DNA of 64,000 nucleotides from Scyliorhinus canicula (lineage: Eukaryota): NCBI RefSeq assembly GCF_902713615.1, contig NC_052146.1, forward strand, positions 70,947,238 through 71,011,237, written 5' to 3'. The notes beneath the pieces are model-generated. The model was given only the letters and a program-made list of their open reading frames with translations, did not search any database and was not told the DNA's origin. Every line of letters starts with the position of its first letter. Positions within the stretch are counted from its first letter, which is position 1. Position numbers and translations under genes: made by a program. Positions 49,211 through 60,802 of the stretch are shown piece after piece.

Positions 49211-50062
49211 ACAGAAGCATTAGAATTAAACTGGAGCCCTGGTTTGATGGACCTTAATTACGCTTTTGCAGCATTGGAGGAAATCACAACAGACTCTCCT
49301 CATTGTGTGAAAGCACATTAACCAGTGATCGGTCGCATTGCTGTCAGTAAGAAATAAATAGGGAGCGCGGATGGCATTGTGGAGATCTCATTAACAAAAC
49401 ATATTTCTGCAAATGCAAATATTTAGGGTACAACATCAGTTTAATTCAAACCCGTTATGTCCAGCGCAACAATGGTTGCAGTTGGAGCACAGAACGCTGA
49501 GAATTCATGATTAGATTTCTTACTTTTTCTTGACCTTCCATTTATCGTGCTGTTCTTGAGGGAACATTCATTCACGACCAATTTCTTTTCGCCTCATGAC
49601 CATTATAGAAACTACCTAGTTCAAATTATCATCTTTATTTTACTAAGTTATTTAAAGGACGGGATATGTAATCATTGAGCTCATTGTTCTCATTTTCGCA
49701 AATCCGCATGTTACGTTACCTTGCAAGGTAATTCCATGGCATATTAGGATTAAATGTTTTTACTGAATTCTCCGTTCTGTCGCGCAATGATTCTAAGGCT
49801 AGTTGTTAATGACTGAGATAAAATGGCTCAATAGAGACCAAAACTCCACTCTCAACTCATAGACCAGAAAACATTGTAGAACTGGAAAGTTCAGTTCTTA
49901 CATAGTTAGCAGGGTAGTAGTGTATCATTTAAATTTAATTTATGATTTTATTGTTAAAAGGACATTTACATTTATTCAAATTAAAAGACCTAGATAATTA
50001 TAGCATGTTGTTCTTGACTTGAAGCTAGTTTTGACCAATGTAACGGAAAGGGTTTTACTCAC

Positions 50063-50410
50063 TGCCAGCACTCAGCTTGGTTCCTTTACCGAAGTAACAG
50101 ATGCTGTTTTTCCATATAGCACAGTAGTAGTCAGCGCTGTCCTTCGATTCAACTTTACTGATAGTTAAAGTTCCCGTGTTACCGGATGCGGAAACTGAAA
50201 ACCGATCTGGAACATCCGGGTTTTCGATCGTGCTGCTTTCAGTCGAATGATAAAAAAGATACTGAGGAGCATTTCCAGATTTCTGTTGGTACCAAAATAT
50301 GTTGTCGCTTCCTAAACTGGCGCCAGACAAGGTGCAACTCATTTGGATGGTTCCTCCCAGCGAAGTTGATTTCGAAGGCGGTTGATTTACTGTAATCGCC
50401 GCGTTTGAAA
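50063..50410 (-). CDS. IGLV: Pre-joined (in-frame) V-J exon of the Ig light chain
   Basis: Acceptor TTCAG at 50411-50415. Reads FSNA/AITVNQPPSKSTSLGGTIQMSC...FWYQQK...DSADYYCAIWKNSICYFGKGTKLSAG, then a GTGAGT donor. No RSS or spacer lies between V and J. Confidence 0.95.
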
Positions 50411-50538
50411 CTGAATGAAATCGAGATCAAAAATATTACTGTAAATGTACTCTAATCAGTTGTTGAAACAATTGAATGTTACATCCCTTGAAATACCACC
50501 AGAAAGAGTATACCGAATCTACATTTAAGGATACTCAC

Positions 50539-50587
50539 ATGACAGGAAAAAAATGAACACAATGGTCGCATGGGCCCAGTCAGTCAT
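50539..50587 (-). CDS. Ig light-chain leader exon
   Basis: MTDWAHATIVFIFFLS plus 1 nt, GTGAGT donor, 128-bp intron; splices in frame to V. Confidence 0.92.
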
Positions 50588-50659
50588 TATGAAAAGCTTA
50601 ACGAGGTTCCTAACTACTCCCAGTGATTTGACAAGGTGGGCTAACTCTCTGAATCTCTC

Positions 50660-50851
50660 TGTCTCTTTTAATAGCCCTGTCACCAAGAAGGTGTACCCTC
50701 GTGATTTGATGCAAATTAGTCTTTTCATCTCAACCAATCAGGTTTTTTGAGATTTAAAGACCATCTCAAATACTCTTCGGCGAGCAGAAAATACAAGGAA
50801 GGTCAGAGAAAGCAAAATACCGCGCTTGCTGAAATGCTGGGGGGAAACCCC
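50660..50851 (-). promoter_or_regulatory. Ig light-chain V promoter
   Basis: TATTAAAA (50666-50673) and decamer/octamer TAATTTGCAT (octamer 50709-50716) in light-chain orientation. Also CCAAT (50734-50738) and kB-like GGGAAACCCC (50842-50851). Confidence 0.85.
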
Positions 50852-52496
50852 ACAATGCTGGAAATATTCAGCAAGTCAGACAATATCACTGGAGAGATAA
50901 ACAGAGTTAACGTTTCAGATCGTGACGTTTCAATAAAAGCTGTTGTCACAAACCTGAGTACTCTACCAGGATATGTTCTAGAAAGGTTTCGATGCCATTT
51001 TCCTAGTAAATGCGATTTAATTAATTGAAACATACAGCACAAAATGGTGCAACTTAACGCCTTGTTCTTTCCCCTGCTCTTTGAAACAAATACCCAATTA
51101 GATCTGTACCCACGCTTTTCGATATTCCAGTTGTAGTTACACGCGCCGCTGACCCCATCAATTGGACATTTCAGAAACTGCAAGTGTGGTATTCTAAACT
51201 GCTATTTTTGCCAGAGGTCTGCGTGACACCAGAGCCCGTCTTTAAGGAGTTATCAGGGAATTAGGAGACAGATAAGGAGTAAAAACGGCTGATGGACGGG
51301 CAATAAACCACAACGGGAGTTGGAAAAATCAGACATTGGCGTTTCTTCTTCTGATAGACGAAAGCTCCATGGAATTCAGGGACTCCGCCTTTGAACAAAG
51401 AACAAAGAAAAGTACAGCACAGGAGTAGTCCCTACGGCCATCCAAGCCTGTGCCGACCATATTGCCCGTCTAAACTAAAACCTTCTACACTTCCGGGGTC
51501 TGTATCCCTCTATTCCCACCCTTTGGCTGCAAGTGCAGCCACCACACCAACACCCACCATCCTGGACCATCCATGCACATTCAGCCCACCTCAAATCAGC
51601 CGTAGCGTCACTGGAATCACGTCAGGCTGTTAGACACTTTCCACTGGAGTGAATGAGTTTTTCCAGTCAGAATGTTGGGGATCATTGAGACCACGAGGAT
51701 GCCGAGGATGCAGCCACCTCACTGGTAAGACCAGCAAGAAAGAGCCCTTTGGAATGGTGAATTGACCGGCATTTGGTCAGGGGAGAGCAGACAGAATGCT
51801 TAGCCTAGAATTTGGGTTGAAGGCGATCCATTGCTGGAGCAGGAAATTGAATTCCGGTCAATACTAAACACTCTTTCGCTTCTTTTCTGAAACATCTGTC
51901 TGGCAATTGCTGTTGCCTTACGTTTTTTGGTTTAAAGTATGTTGTTGCTGCTAGCTAAAACCTCCTTGCGTCAGAGTTAAAGCTTTATTTAATTTCAGTG
52001 CTTAGAATTGACTAAACTGATAAAACATTTGTAAAGTTTCTGATGAAAGGTCATTGTCTTGAAACCTGACCTATTTTCTCAACAAATGCTGCATGTTGTG
52101 GGTTTCTAACCTTTTCGTGTTTCTATTCTAAATTTTAAATGATGTGAGAAGTGAATTCTTTGTGTTCAAATATCATAGGCGGCTTCCGTTTGCAACAAAA
52201 CATTATTGCCACTGGAATGTGTTTATTACGTTCTCTTTCATCAAACTTGTCGAAGGTTTCTGAACATAGATTACCTTTTTCAACCGTGTTATTTATTAAT
52301 AACATTTCCACGTGAAGCATGAAATATGTTCTTTTAAAAGATGCCAGTCTCCTCCGGGTGTGTTTCTGCCACAGGCTGAGCTCTAATCCTCTTGCATTCT
52401 TCAATATCGCTACGTAACCTTCGACTGGCCGCTCGCAGTAGAAGGATTATTTTTAACCTTTCATCGTTCCTCCTTTAACTGTGACCCTCATCGAGA

Positions 52497-52646
52497 GGGG
52501 CTGGTTTAGCTCACTCAGCTAAATCGCTGGCTTTTAAAGCAGACCAAGCAGGCCAGCAGCACGGTTCGATTCCCGTACCAGCCTCCCCGGACAGGCGCCG
52601 GAATGTGGCGACTAGGGGCTTTTCACAGTAACTTCATTTCATTTCA
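52497..52646 (+). mobile_element. Short tRNA-derived SINE
   Basis: GGGGCTGGTTTAGCTCA, GGTTCGATTCCC, (CATTT)n tail. Confidence 0.85.
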
Positions 52647-52799
52647 ACAGGCGACTGGTCCTCCAAACAATTCCTCTGATGGCATGATATTAGTCCACAT
52701 CCGCTTCCGTCCGTGGTTGTAAAATATATCAGAATGGGAGGAGGGTTCAAACTAATTACTCTCGCTTCCACTGGGCGACCATCCCGAAGCGTGCACACA

Positions 52800-53603
52800 T
52801 TATAAGAACGCAGGAGTAGGCCATCTGGCCCCTCGAGCCTGCTCCGCCATTCAATGAGATCATGGCTGATCTTTTGTGGACTCAGCTCCACTTTCCGACC
52901 CGAACACCATAACCCTTAATCCCTTTTTTCTTCAAAAAATTATCTATCTTTACCTTAAAAACATTTAATGAAGGAGCCTCAACTGCTTCACTGGGCAAGG
53001 AATTCCATAGATTCACAACCCTTTGGGTGAAGACGTTCCTCCTAAACTCAGTCCTAAATCTATTTCCCCTTATTTTGAGGCTATGCCCCCTAGTTCTGCT
53101 TTCACCCGCCAGTGGAAACAGCCTGCCCGCATCTATCCTATCTATTCCCTTCATAATTTTAAATGTTTCGATAAGATCCCCCCTCATCCTTCTAAATTCC
53201 AACGAGTACAGTCCCAGTCTGCTCAACCTCTCCTCGTAATCCAACCCCTTCAGCTCTGGGATTAGCCTCGTGAATCTCCTCTGCACACCCCCCAGTGCCA
53301 GTACGTCATTTCTCAAGTAAGGAGACCAAAACTGAACACAATACTCCAGGTGTGGCCTCACTAACACCTTATACAATTGCAGCATAACCTCCCTAGGCTT
53401 AAACTCCATCCCTCTAGCAATGAAGGACAAAATTCCATTTGCCTTCTTAATCACCTGTTGCACCTGTAAACCAACTTTCTGTGACTCATGCACGAGCACA
53501 CCCAGGTCTCTCTGCACAGCAGCATGCTTTAATATTTTATTGTTTAAATAATAATCCCGTTTGCTGTTATTCCTACCAAAATGGATAACCTCACATTTGT
53601 CCA
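52800..53603 (-). mobile_element. Young 5'-truncated CR1 with an open 240-aa ORF2 C-terminus
   Basis: ORF 52882-53604 is uninterrupted (KCEVIHFG...FTQRVVNLWNSLP) and is followed by the tail. Confidence 0.92.
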
Positions 53604-53609
53604 TTATAA

Positions 53610-54110
53610 CTAATGGAGTGTCGCAAGGCTCAGTGCTGGGGCCTCAGAGGTTCACAGTCATTATTCGGGGCTTCACGATTGGACCGAGAATCAAGAACGC
53701 AAATTTGCCGATGTCACAAAGCTCGACGTCAATGTAAGCTATGACGTGGACGACACAAGAAGGTTGCAAATACATAAAGAAGGGGTTTTTAAAAGTGGGC
53801 AGCAAAATGGCAGATGAGATATAATGTGGGCAAATGTATGTTTATTCACATTGGTAGTAAGAATTGGAAGCAGAATATGTTTAAAAGGCACAAACCTTCA
53901 TTGATGCTCAGGGAGACATTAGTGTTCTTGTACAAGCAAAATGTTATCATGCAGGTACAGCATGAGTTTATGAAAGCAAAATGTTTGTTACCATTTCATC
54001 CAACGGGATTGTAGTACAAAATACAAAATTCATGTACCAATTTTACAATATGGCTTTGGGGAATTACACACCTAAAGTACAGTGCAGTTTCCCTGCACAT
54101 TACCGAGGGT
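53610..54110 (+). mobile_element. Older CR1 RT fragment
   Basis: GVSQGSVLGPQ, KFADVTKL, NVGKCMFIH. Confidence 0.7.
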
Positions 54111-54124
54111 TATATTGCTTTCAT

Positions 54125-56100
54125 TCATTTACATGATGTGGGTGTCGCTGGCTGGCATGATATCATAGAATCCCTACAGTGCAGGAAGAGGCCATTTGGC
54201 CCATAGAGTCTGCACCGACCCTTCGAAAGACCACTCTACCATGACCAAACCCCCGCCCTATTCCTCCAACCCCACATTAAGGGGCAATTTAGCATGGCCA
54301 ATCCACGAACGAGCACATCTTTGGACTGTGGGAGGAAACCGAAAGTGGTACCCACACATACACGTGCAATCTCCACACAGTTATTCAAGGTTGCATCGAA
54401 CCGGGGTCCCACTATACCACCATGCCGCCCATTACTAACAGTTCTCGAGAAGGTGGTAGTGAACTCACGTTCTGAACTGCTCCAGACGTAGGTACACCCA
54501 AAGTGCTGTTTGGGAGGGTGTTCGAAGATTTTGACCCAGCGACAGTGAAGGAATGGCAATATATTACCAAGTCAGGGCGGTGAGCGACTTGGAGGGGTAC
54601 TTTCAGATGATGGTCTTCCCATATGCCTGCTACCCTTGTCCTTCCAGATGGTAATGGTTATGGGTTTAGCACTGCTGCCTAAGGAGTCCTGGTGAGTTCC
54701 TGAGGTGCACTGTGTAGAATACACTGCTGGAACTGTTAGTCGGTGGTGGAGGAAATATTTGTGGGAAGAGTATCAATCAAGTGGGCTGCCTTGTCCTGGA
54801 TGGTATCGAACTTCTTGAGTGTTGTTTGAGCTAATCATCGAGGATGTGGAGATGTCGGCGTTGCACTGGGGTGAGCACAGAAAGAAGTCTTACAACACCA
54901 GGTTAAAGTCCAACAGATTTGTTTCGAAACACTAGCTTTCGGAGCACTGCTCCTTCCTCAGGTGGATGAAGGGATGGGTTCCAGGAACATATATATATAG
55001 AGTGTGAATTGCCTCACGAAATCCTAACAACTGTCCTGGCTTGAGACAATTCACACTTCTTTAACCTGTGATTATCCCTCTCTCCAGTTGCTCCATCTGG
55101 ACCTGTAAAGAGTTAATTATCTGCAAAAACTCGCATTCAAATTATCGTCTTGCATCTTTGACTTTGTCTATATATGTTTCTGGAACCCATCTCTTAATTC
55201 ACCTGAGGAAGGATCTGCGCTCCGAAAGTTAGTGATTCGAAGCAAACCTGTTGGACTTTAACCTGGTGTTGTAAGACTTCTTACTCTAATCATCGAGGCC
55301 AGTGAAGAGCATTCTGCCACATGACTGACTCTTGCCTTGGAGATGTTTGACAGGTTTTGCGCAATAAGGAGGTGAGTTAATCCATGCAGAATTCCGAAAT
55401 TCAGACCTGCATTTGTCGCTACAGTATTTATATGTCCATTTCAGTTTGATGGTAACTGGCCAGGGCATTGAAAGTAAGGTATTCAATTATGGTAATGCCA
55501 TTGAATGCCAAGGCACGATGGTTAGTCACTTCTTTCTCGTTGGAGATGACCATTGCCTGGCACTTCTGTGGCGCGAATATTACTTGCCACTTGTTAGCAT
55601 AAGCCTGGATATTGCCCAGGATTTGTTGCATTTGGACATCACCTGTTTCAGTTTCTGAGGAGTCGCGAATGGTGCTGAGCATTGTGCAATCTCAGTGAAC
55701 ATCCCCACTTCTGTCCTTATGATGGAAGGAAAGGTCATTATTGAAGCAGCTGAAGATAGTTCGGCTTTGGACAAATGCACAGGTATGCTTCGACACATAC
55801 ATCATACTACCCTGAGGAACTGCTGCACTGATGTCTTGGAACTGCGATGATTGGACTCGAACCATCACAACCATCTTCCGTTATACCAGGTAGGACTTCA
55901 GCTAACGGAGGTTTCCCCCCCTGATTCCCACTAATTCTAGTTTTGCTACCGCCCGTAATGCCATACTCGGTCAAGTGCTGCTTTGATGTCAAGGACAGTC
56001 ACTCTCACCAGGAATTCAGCTCTTTTGTAAATGTTTGAACCAAGGCTGCAAGAAGGTCAGGAACTGAATGGCCCTCTCAGAACCTAAACTGAGCGCCAGC
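54125..56100 (-). mobile_element. Degraded CR1/L2-type LINE 3' half, interrupted by a SINE (54163-54430) and a Penelope insert (54844-55285)
   Basis: DISAAVPQGS, W..TFAPQKCQAM remnants and the 3' tail. Confidence 0.75.
54844..55285. mobile_element. Fold-back Penelope pLTR insertion (442 bp)
   Basis: Inverted pLTR arms, an inner hairpin AGTGTGAATTG...CAATTCACACT, and a 13-bp TSD CTAATCATCGAGG (54831-54843, 55286-55298). Confidence 0.88.
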
Positions 56101-56589
56101 GTGCAGGTTAGCGCTAAACAATTCGTAGCTGCTGTAGGCTGAGCTCATGACTTATGTACGCACATGATTTATTTTCCTATATTCATTGCTGCCACGCCAG
56201 ACACAACCACTGCTGTAAGTCAAGAGTACAAGAGAGTCTGCATCTTTTCAGTGAAACCCCGAAGAAGGATTTCAGTGGATAGGGCCAGCTGCCGCAATAA
56301 AAAACAGGTTAAAACTTGCCTCAAAATGTTTGATCAAATTAAAAATGCGAAATGTATATCATTTTCTGTACATATGCCAGCATTACATCATTCGAAGAAC
56401 ACTTTTTCCTGTTCCTCGAAACTCTCTAATCTCTAAAAATGGGTCTCGCATGTCCCACATGTCAGTGAAATATCTGGAATTTGCACTTGCAAACTCGCAG
56501 GTCCGTCAGCACCTGTTATTTCGAACCGCTGTGTCACATTTTTTCCACTCAACCCACAGCATCAATTATGTAGATTCCGGCACAGTCCT

Positions 56590-56980
56590 CGCATATTGGA
56601 GTGTTGTGGGGAATGTAGCATCCCTATTTTAAAAAGGAGAGAGGGAGAAAACAGGGAGGTACGGGCCTGTTAGCTTAACATCACGAGTAGAGAAAATGCT
56701 TGTCTAATATAAAGGATGCAATAACAGGACACTTAAAATATATCAGCGGGACTACACAAGGTCAACTTGGGTTTACGAAATGGAAATCACGTTTGACAAA
56801 CTTATTGGAGTTTTTGAGGTCGTGACTAATTGAATAGATAAATAAATCGACGTGGTGTTTTTGGATTTTCAGAAATCTTTTGGTAAAGTACCACAAAAGA
56901 AGTTAGTGTGCAAAATTGAAGCTCATGGGACAGGGGATAATCATAGAATTTACGGTGCAGAAGGAGGCCATTCGGTCCAT
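56590..56980 (+). mobile_element. CR1 RT fragment plus a SINE tail on minus
   Basis: YGPVSLTS, DVVFLDFQKSFGKVP remnants. Confidence 0.65.
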
Positions 56981-57858
56981 CGAGGAGTTACTCGTGTTGC
57001 AGACCTGATTTAGTTGACGCTTGAGGTTTCCGCAAAGCAATTAATTTCGAATGTTCTCATTCATTGAGTGGAATAAATAGATAGCTTTGCTTCGCTCGTT
57101 CAGCAGAGGAAGGCTGAACGGGGCATTTGGTGGGATATTTGGGTCTGCCAAGCGAATTTCGGTTTTAATGACTGACTAGAATTGAAGTGGGGTCGCATCT
57201 GATCAAATGTGTAGTTAATAAATTAACACATGTACATTATATTTCGCAATGTCATTCCTGGATAAGATAAGTATATATAAGCTCTTAATATTTTGCTGGT
57301 GGCCATTTTTTGCTTCCCTGTCTCCACATTGAGATGCTGCTTTGCCCGCCTCAATTAAAATAGAATTAGAAACGTTGAACATACAGTAAATTTATTCTAA
57401 TGTGCTCCGATGTGATGAACCCTTGATCAGTTTTGCGTCCGGTTTTACAGATTAACCTTTATGTCTTGAGCTGTGCAGTTGCTGTGGTCTGATAATCTCA
57501 CCCTCTGATATACTACTCTTTGGGGTCACACTGTTTCCACCCTACATGGGAATCTGACCGCGCAATCTCGACTGACATTCCAGCGAAGGGATTGTGACTC
57601 AGGTCGTTGTGGCTGCTTTTGCATTCGGATGAAACCGAGATCCGCGTCTGATTAACCTTAATTACTCTATTACAGTATTGGCGGAAGCCGTGAGAGACTA
57701 AATTCATTGTGTGAAGACTGGTTAACCAGCGATTGGTCGCTTTGCTGACTGTGGGTAATTACCGCGCGGATTATTAGGGGGATATCATTAACAAAAATGA
57801 AATCTTTAAACGCTCTGGTATGTTTCGAATACAAGCTGCGAATTAAGTGCAGTTAATT

Positions 57859-58050
57859 GGGCGGCACGGATGCGCAGTGGTTAGCACTGCTGCCTCAAGG
57901 CGCCCAGGACGCAGGCTCGATTCTGGAGCTCCCACATTCTCCCCGTGCCTGCGTGGGTCCCAACCCCACAACCTGAAAAGATGTGCAGGGTACGAATTAT
58001 CCCTTAATTGTAAACAAAGAATTGGGTACTTTAAATTTATTTTTAAAAAA
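57859..58050 (+). mobile_element. tRNA-derived SINE with a degenerate 15-bp TSD
   Basis: Flanks TAAGTGCAGTTAATT (57844-57858) and TAAGTACAATTAATT (58051-58065). Confidence 0.82.
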
Positions 58051-58371
58051 TAAGTACAATTAATTATTTGTATGATACTCGTCCTTAAATAGCTTCGTTT
58101 GTAGGAGAGGACGATGGGGGAAATCTTGATTTTGCGCAACAGTGTAAAACTGGTCTGAAATGATCGGAACGTTTTACATTGAGGTCAACTGAAATAGAAC
58201 CTGGAGGTATGTATCCTTTTCAGACTACCTTGTCCACCATGTTAAACTGCGCACTCGCATTGCTGGTATGGAAGATTTTTACTTACATATCTTCTCGAGC
58301 TACGAATATTCGACGATTCTTGCTTCCATTATGATAGTCGAAGACATAACGATTAAATATGTATAATATTG

Positions 58372-58473
58372 TTAATGCAACCCAATGTTACTTGGAGTCG
58401 CATTCTGACTTCTCCGATTACTGATCTGTGCATTGAAACAACCAAAATCTCAGATCAGATTTCAACAGAAATA
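58372..58473 (+). repeat. ~102-bp direct repeat, copy 1 (copy 2 at 61756-61857)
   Basis: TTAATGCAACC.AATGTTAC...CTCAGATCAGATTTCAACAGAAATA is shared. Confidence 0.9.
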
Positions 58474-58859
58474 ATGCTGTCTGTGTGACGCATGCCCAAT
58501 ACACAGGACAATCTAACAATGTGACTACTGGGAGCACAATGACAGAATTTAATAGTGTCACGTGTTCACACAATGTTTGTTTTAAAAATACACTGCGCTA
58601 TCGTGAAACTTGGCCATGTTTCGTTCAATGCAGAAAAGAAGTGGGAGTGATTCCTATTTTTAATCTTCTTCGGAGAGGTAGCTATTTATGGCAGCTCTGT
58701 GAATTCAAAACTTTGCATTGGATGCACCATACTTAAAGAGTGCACAATAAAAGTGTTACCTCATTGTGCACCATATTCGGGCTGAACTTCAGTTTAATTC
58801 AAAGCCGTTATATTCAGTAGAACAATCGTTCCAGCTAAAATGTTAATTGTGAGATAGTT

Positions 58860-59200
58860 GAGGTTGTTCGGGGTCAATCATCTCGGCTCCGGGGCATCGC
58901 TGCAGGCGTTCCTAGTTCCTCGGCCCAACCGTCTTCAGCTGCATCATCAATTACTTTCCTTCCATCATAAGGTCAGAAGTGGGACTGTCTGCTGATGATG
59001 CACAATGTTCAGATACTGAAGCAGTTCATGACCAAAGGCAGCAAGACCTTGTGGTGATATGCCTGTAAACAATATTGTTGATAGCTGGTGATGCGGTCTC
59101 CAACCAGCAGGTGGCGGTACAGATCCATCATGTGGTCCAGAGACAGTGGCCATTTGACCAGACACTCAGTGTGGGCACATCCGGTGACCCCCAAATGGTT
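58860..59200 (+). mobile_element. CR1/L2-type RT fragment
   Basis: Degenerate GGQSS..DIAAGVP...FADD motif. Confidence 0.6.
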
Positions 59201-59206
59201 AAAAGA

Positions 59207-60780
59207 TGTACATGAGGACAGTGGATCATAGGGGTAGTTTCAGGGGAGTATAAAGAAACTCCATGATGACGTGCTCTGTATCAGATCGTTTATCTTACAC
59301 GTGTGATTTAATAAAGATCTAGGTTCAGACAAGTCACAATTCGTTTGCTAAATTCCTTGCTGGACATCGAACACCAAGCACAATATGGTATCAGAGTGCT
59401 GAAGATTTAAAGATAACGACGGCAGTGACAAAGTTAAGAATTCGGCGAAGGACAGGCCTGATGAACTGCAGCCTGTGGTGACTCAACGCACTAGAAGACA
59501 CTGAAGCTTGAGATGGACGGACTGAAAGTCCCTCACCAGCTTCAGATACCCAGTAATGTAAACGAAAACTAGGGGCTCTTCAAGCAGCAGTTCAAACTCA
59601 GCCCAAGCACTGCAGGCGCAGCCTGACAAAAGGTGAATAGCATTTCTGCTAATGGTAGCAGGTCTGCAAACAATTGATCTGCATAATACATTTGCTTTTC
59701 ACAATGAGGCGGATGGTAAGAGATACAATTAAGTCATGAGTACTTGGATTGGTTTTGCTTCCCCTAAATGAATGAGACCTTTGAGAGTTACATGTACTGT
59801 ATGTGTACCCAGAAACCTGTTGAATCGTTTGACAGTTTTGCCACTGACTTGAGGCTGAAGGCCCAGTCGTGTAACATCAGTAGCCTGAAATCTTCTCTGC
59901 TCTGCGACTGAATTGTCTTTTGTGTATCAAATGATAAGCTACGTGAGAGGTTGCTGTGGGGAGAAGTTTGGTGCTGGAACAAGCAATAAAGATTTGCCAG
60001 GCGAGCGAGGTAGCTGCACAGGAAATCAGCACACTCTGCTCAAAAGATTTTGGCACCAACTCAGAGGAAGACACCAGCACCATTAGTGCTGTGCATGTCA
60101 TGAAGAAACATGGTCTCAGTGCGGGCAGCCATTTTAAGTAGCTGACAGGAGCTGCCATCTTGTGCCGAAAGAGTTGCACTGGACATGGCCCACGGCAATG
60201 TCCGGCTTTTGGAAATGTTTATTCCAGGTGTGGCCGTATTGGACATTTTGTGAAAGTGTTTTGTGCATCGTACAATGCACCATATGGGATCAGTAAATGT
60301 AGTTGATAAGACAAATACCGATGAACAGTTCTTCATCGATCTCATTGCAACCAAGGATCAGAAGAGTCCAAAAAAAAATGTGAAGACACAATTTCAAAAA
60401 AGAACAAAGCTAGTAAGAACTCTCCGGAATCTATTAAAACCAGATGGAAATCGATTGTGTTTCCTGAATAAATCATTATTAACGTGTGACTTTGACAGTA
60501 AAATGAGAGCCAATCTTCTCAGTCGTTCTGTGTTGCACAAGCTGAACACACAGCTGAAAGTCATTGATTGGCCAGGCTTGCTCTTTTATTATGAAATACA
60601 AAAGATGGAGACTTTTGTTTCATGTGAACTTGAGCTCACTCTGGATGACATGAGGTAGACCTTACGGTTTTATGTTGTAGACATGGACATTGAGGCCATC
60701 ACAGGAGCGGATGCATGTGAATCCCTTAATTTATTTGACCGAATGTGTCCCAGAAGATGGGTCGCCAACTGAATACTACA
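59207..60780 (+). mobile_element. Gypsy-type LTR retrotransposon 5' remnant (LTR end, PBS, gag, knuckle, protease)
   Basis: AATAAA, then a tRNA-iMet-type PBS TGGTATCAGAG (59386-59396). gag start MDGLKVPHQL..., TDLRLKAQSC, DKLRERLL, EQAIKICQASE; protease remnant FDS..RANLL. Confidence 0.75.
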
Positions 60781-60802
60781 GATCGCTACAAGATATCAGA
60801 GT

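Larger units (their letters stand above)
57000..58840 (-). pseudogene. Decayed paralogue of the IgL J-C intron (relic light-chain cluster, no exons found)
   Basis: Collinear blocks match 47575-47755, 48128-48362, 48873-48975, 49243-49400 and 49436-49485. Confidence 0.8.

Noticed and set aside
52798-53609. CATTATAA on both sides of the young CR1 as a TSD, or a twin-priming inversion with 53610-54110
   Set aside because: The 8-mer overlaps the AT-rich tail, and the two CR1 pieces differ greatly in decay, so they are probably separate insertions.
56100-56580. Possible remnant of the 3' flank or C exon of the relic cluster
   Set aside because: Only short patchy matches to ~46930-47020 and no C-domain codons. 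This cannot be supported without an alignment.
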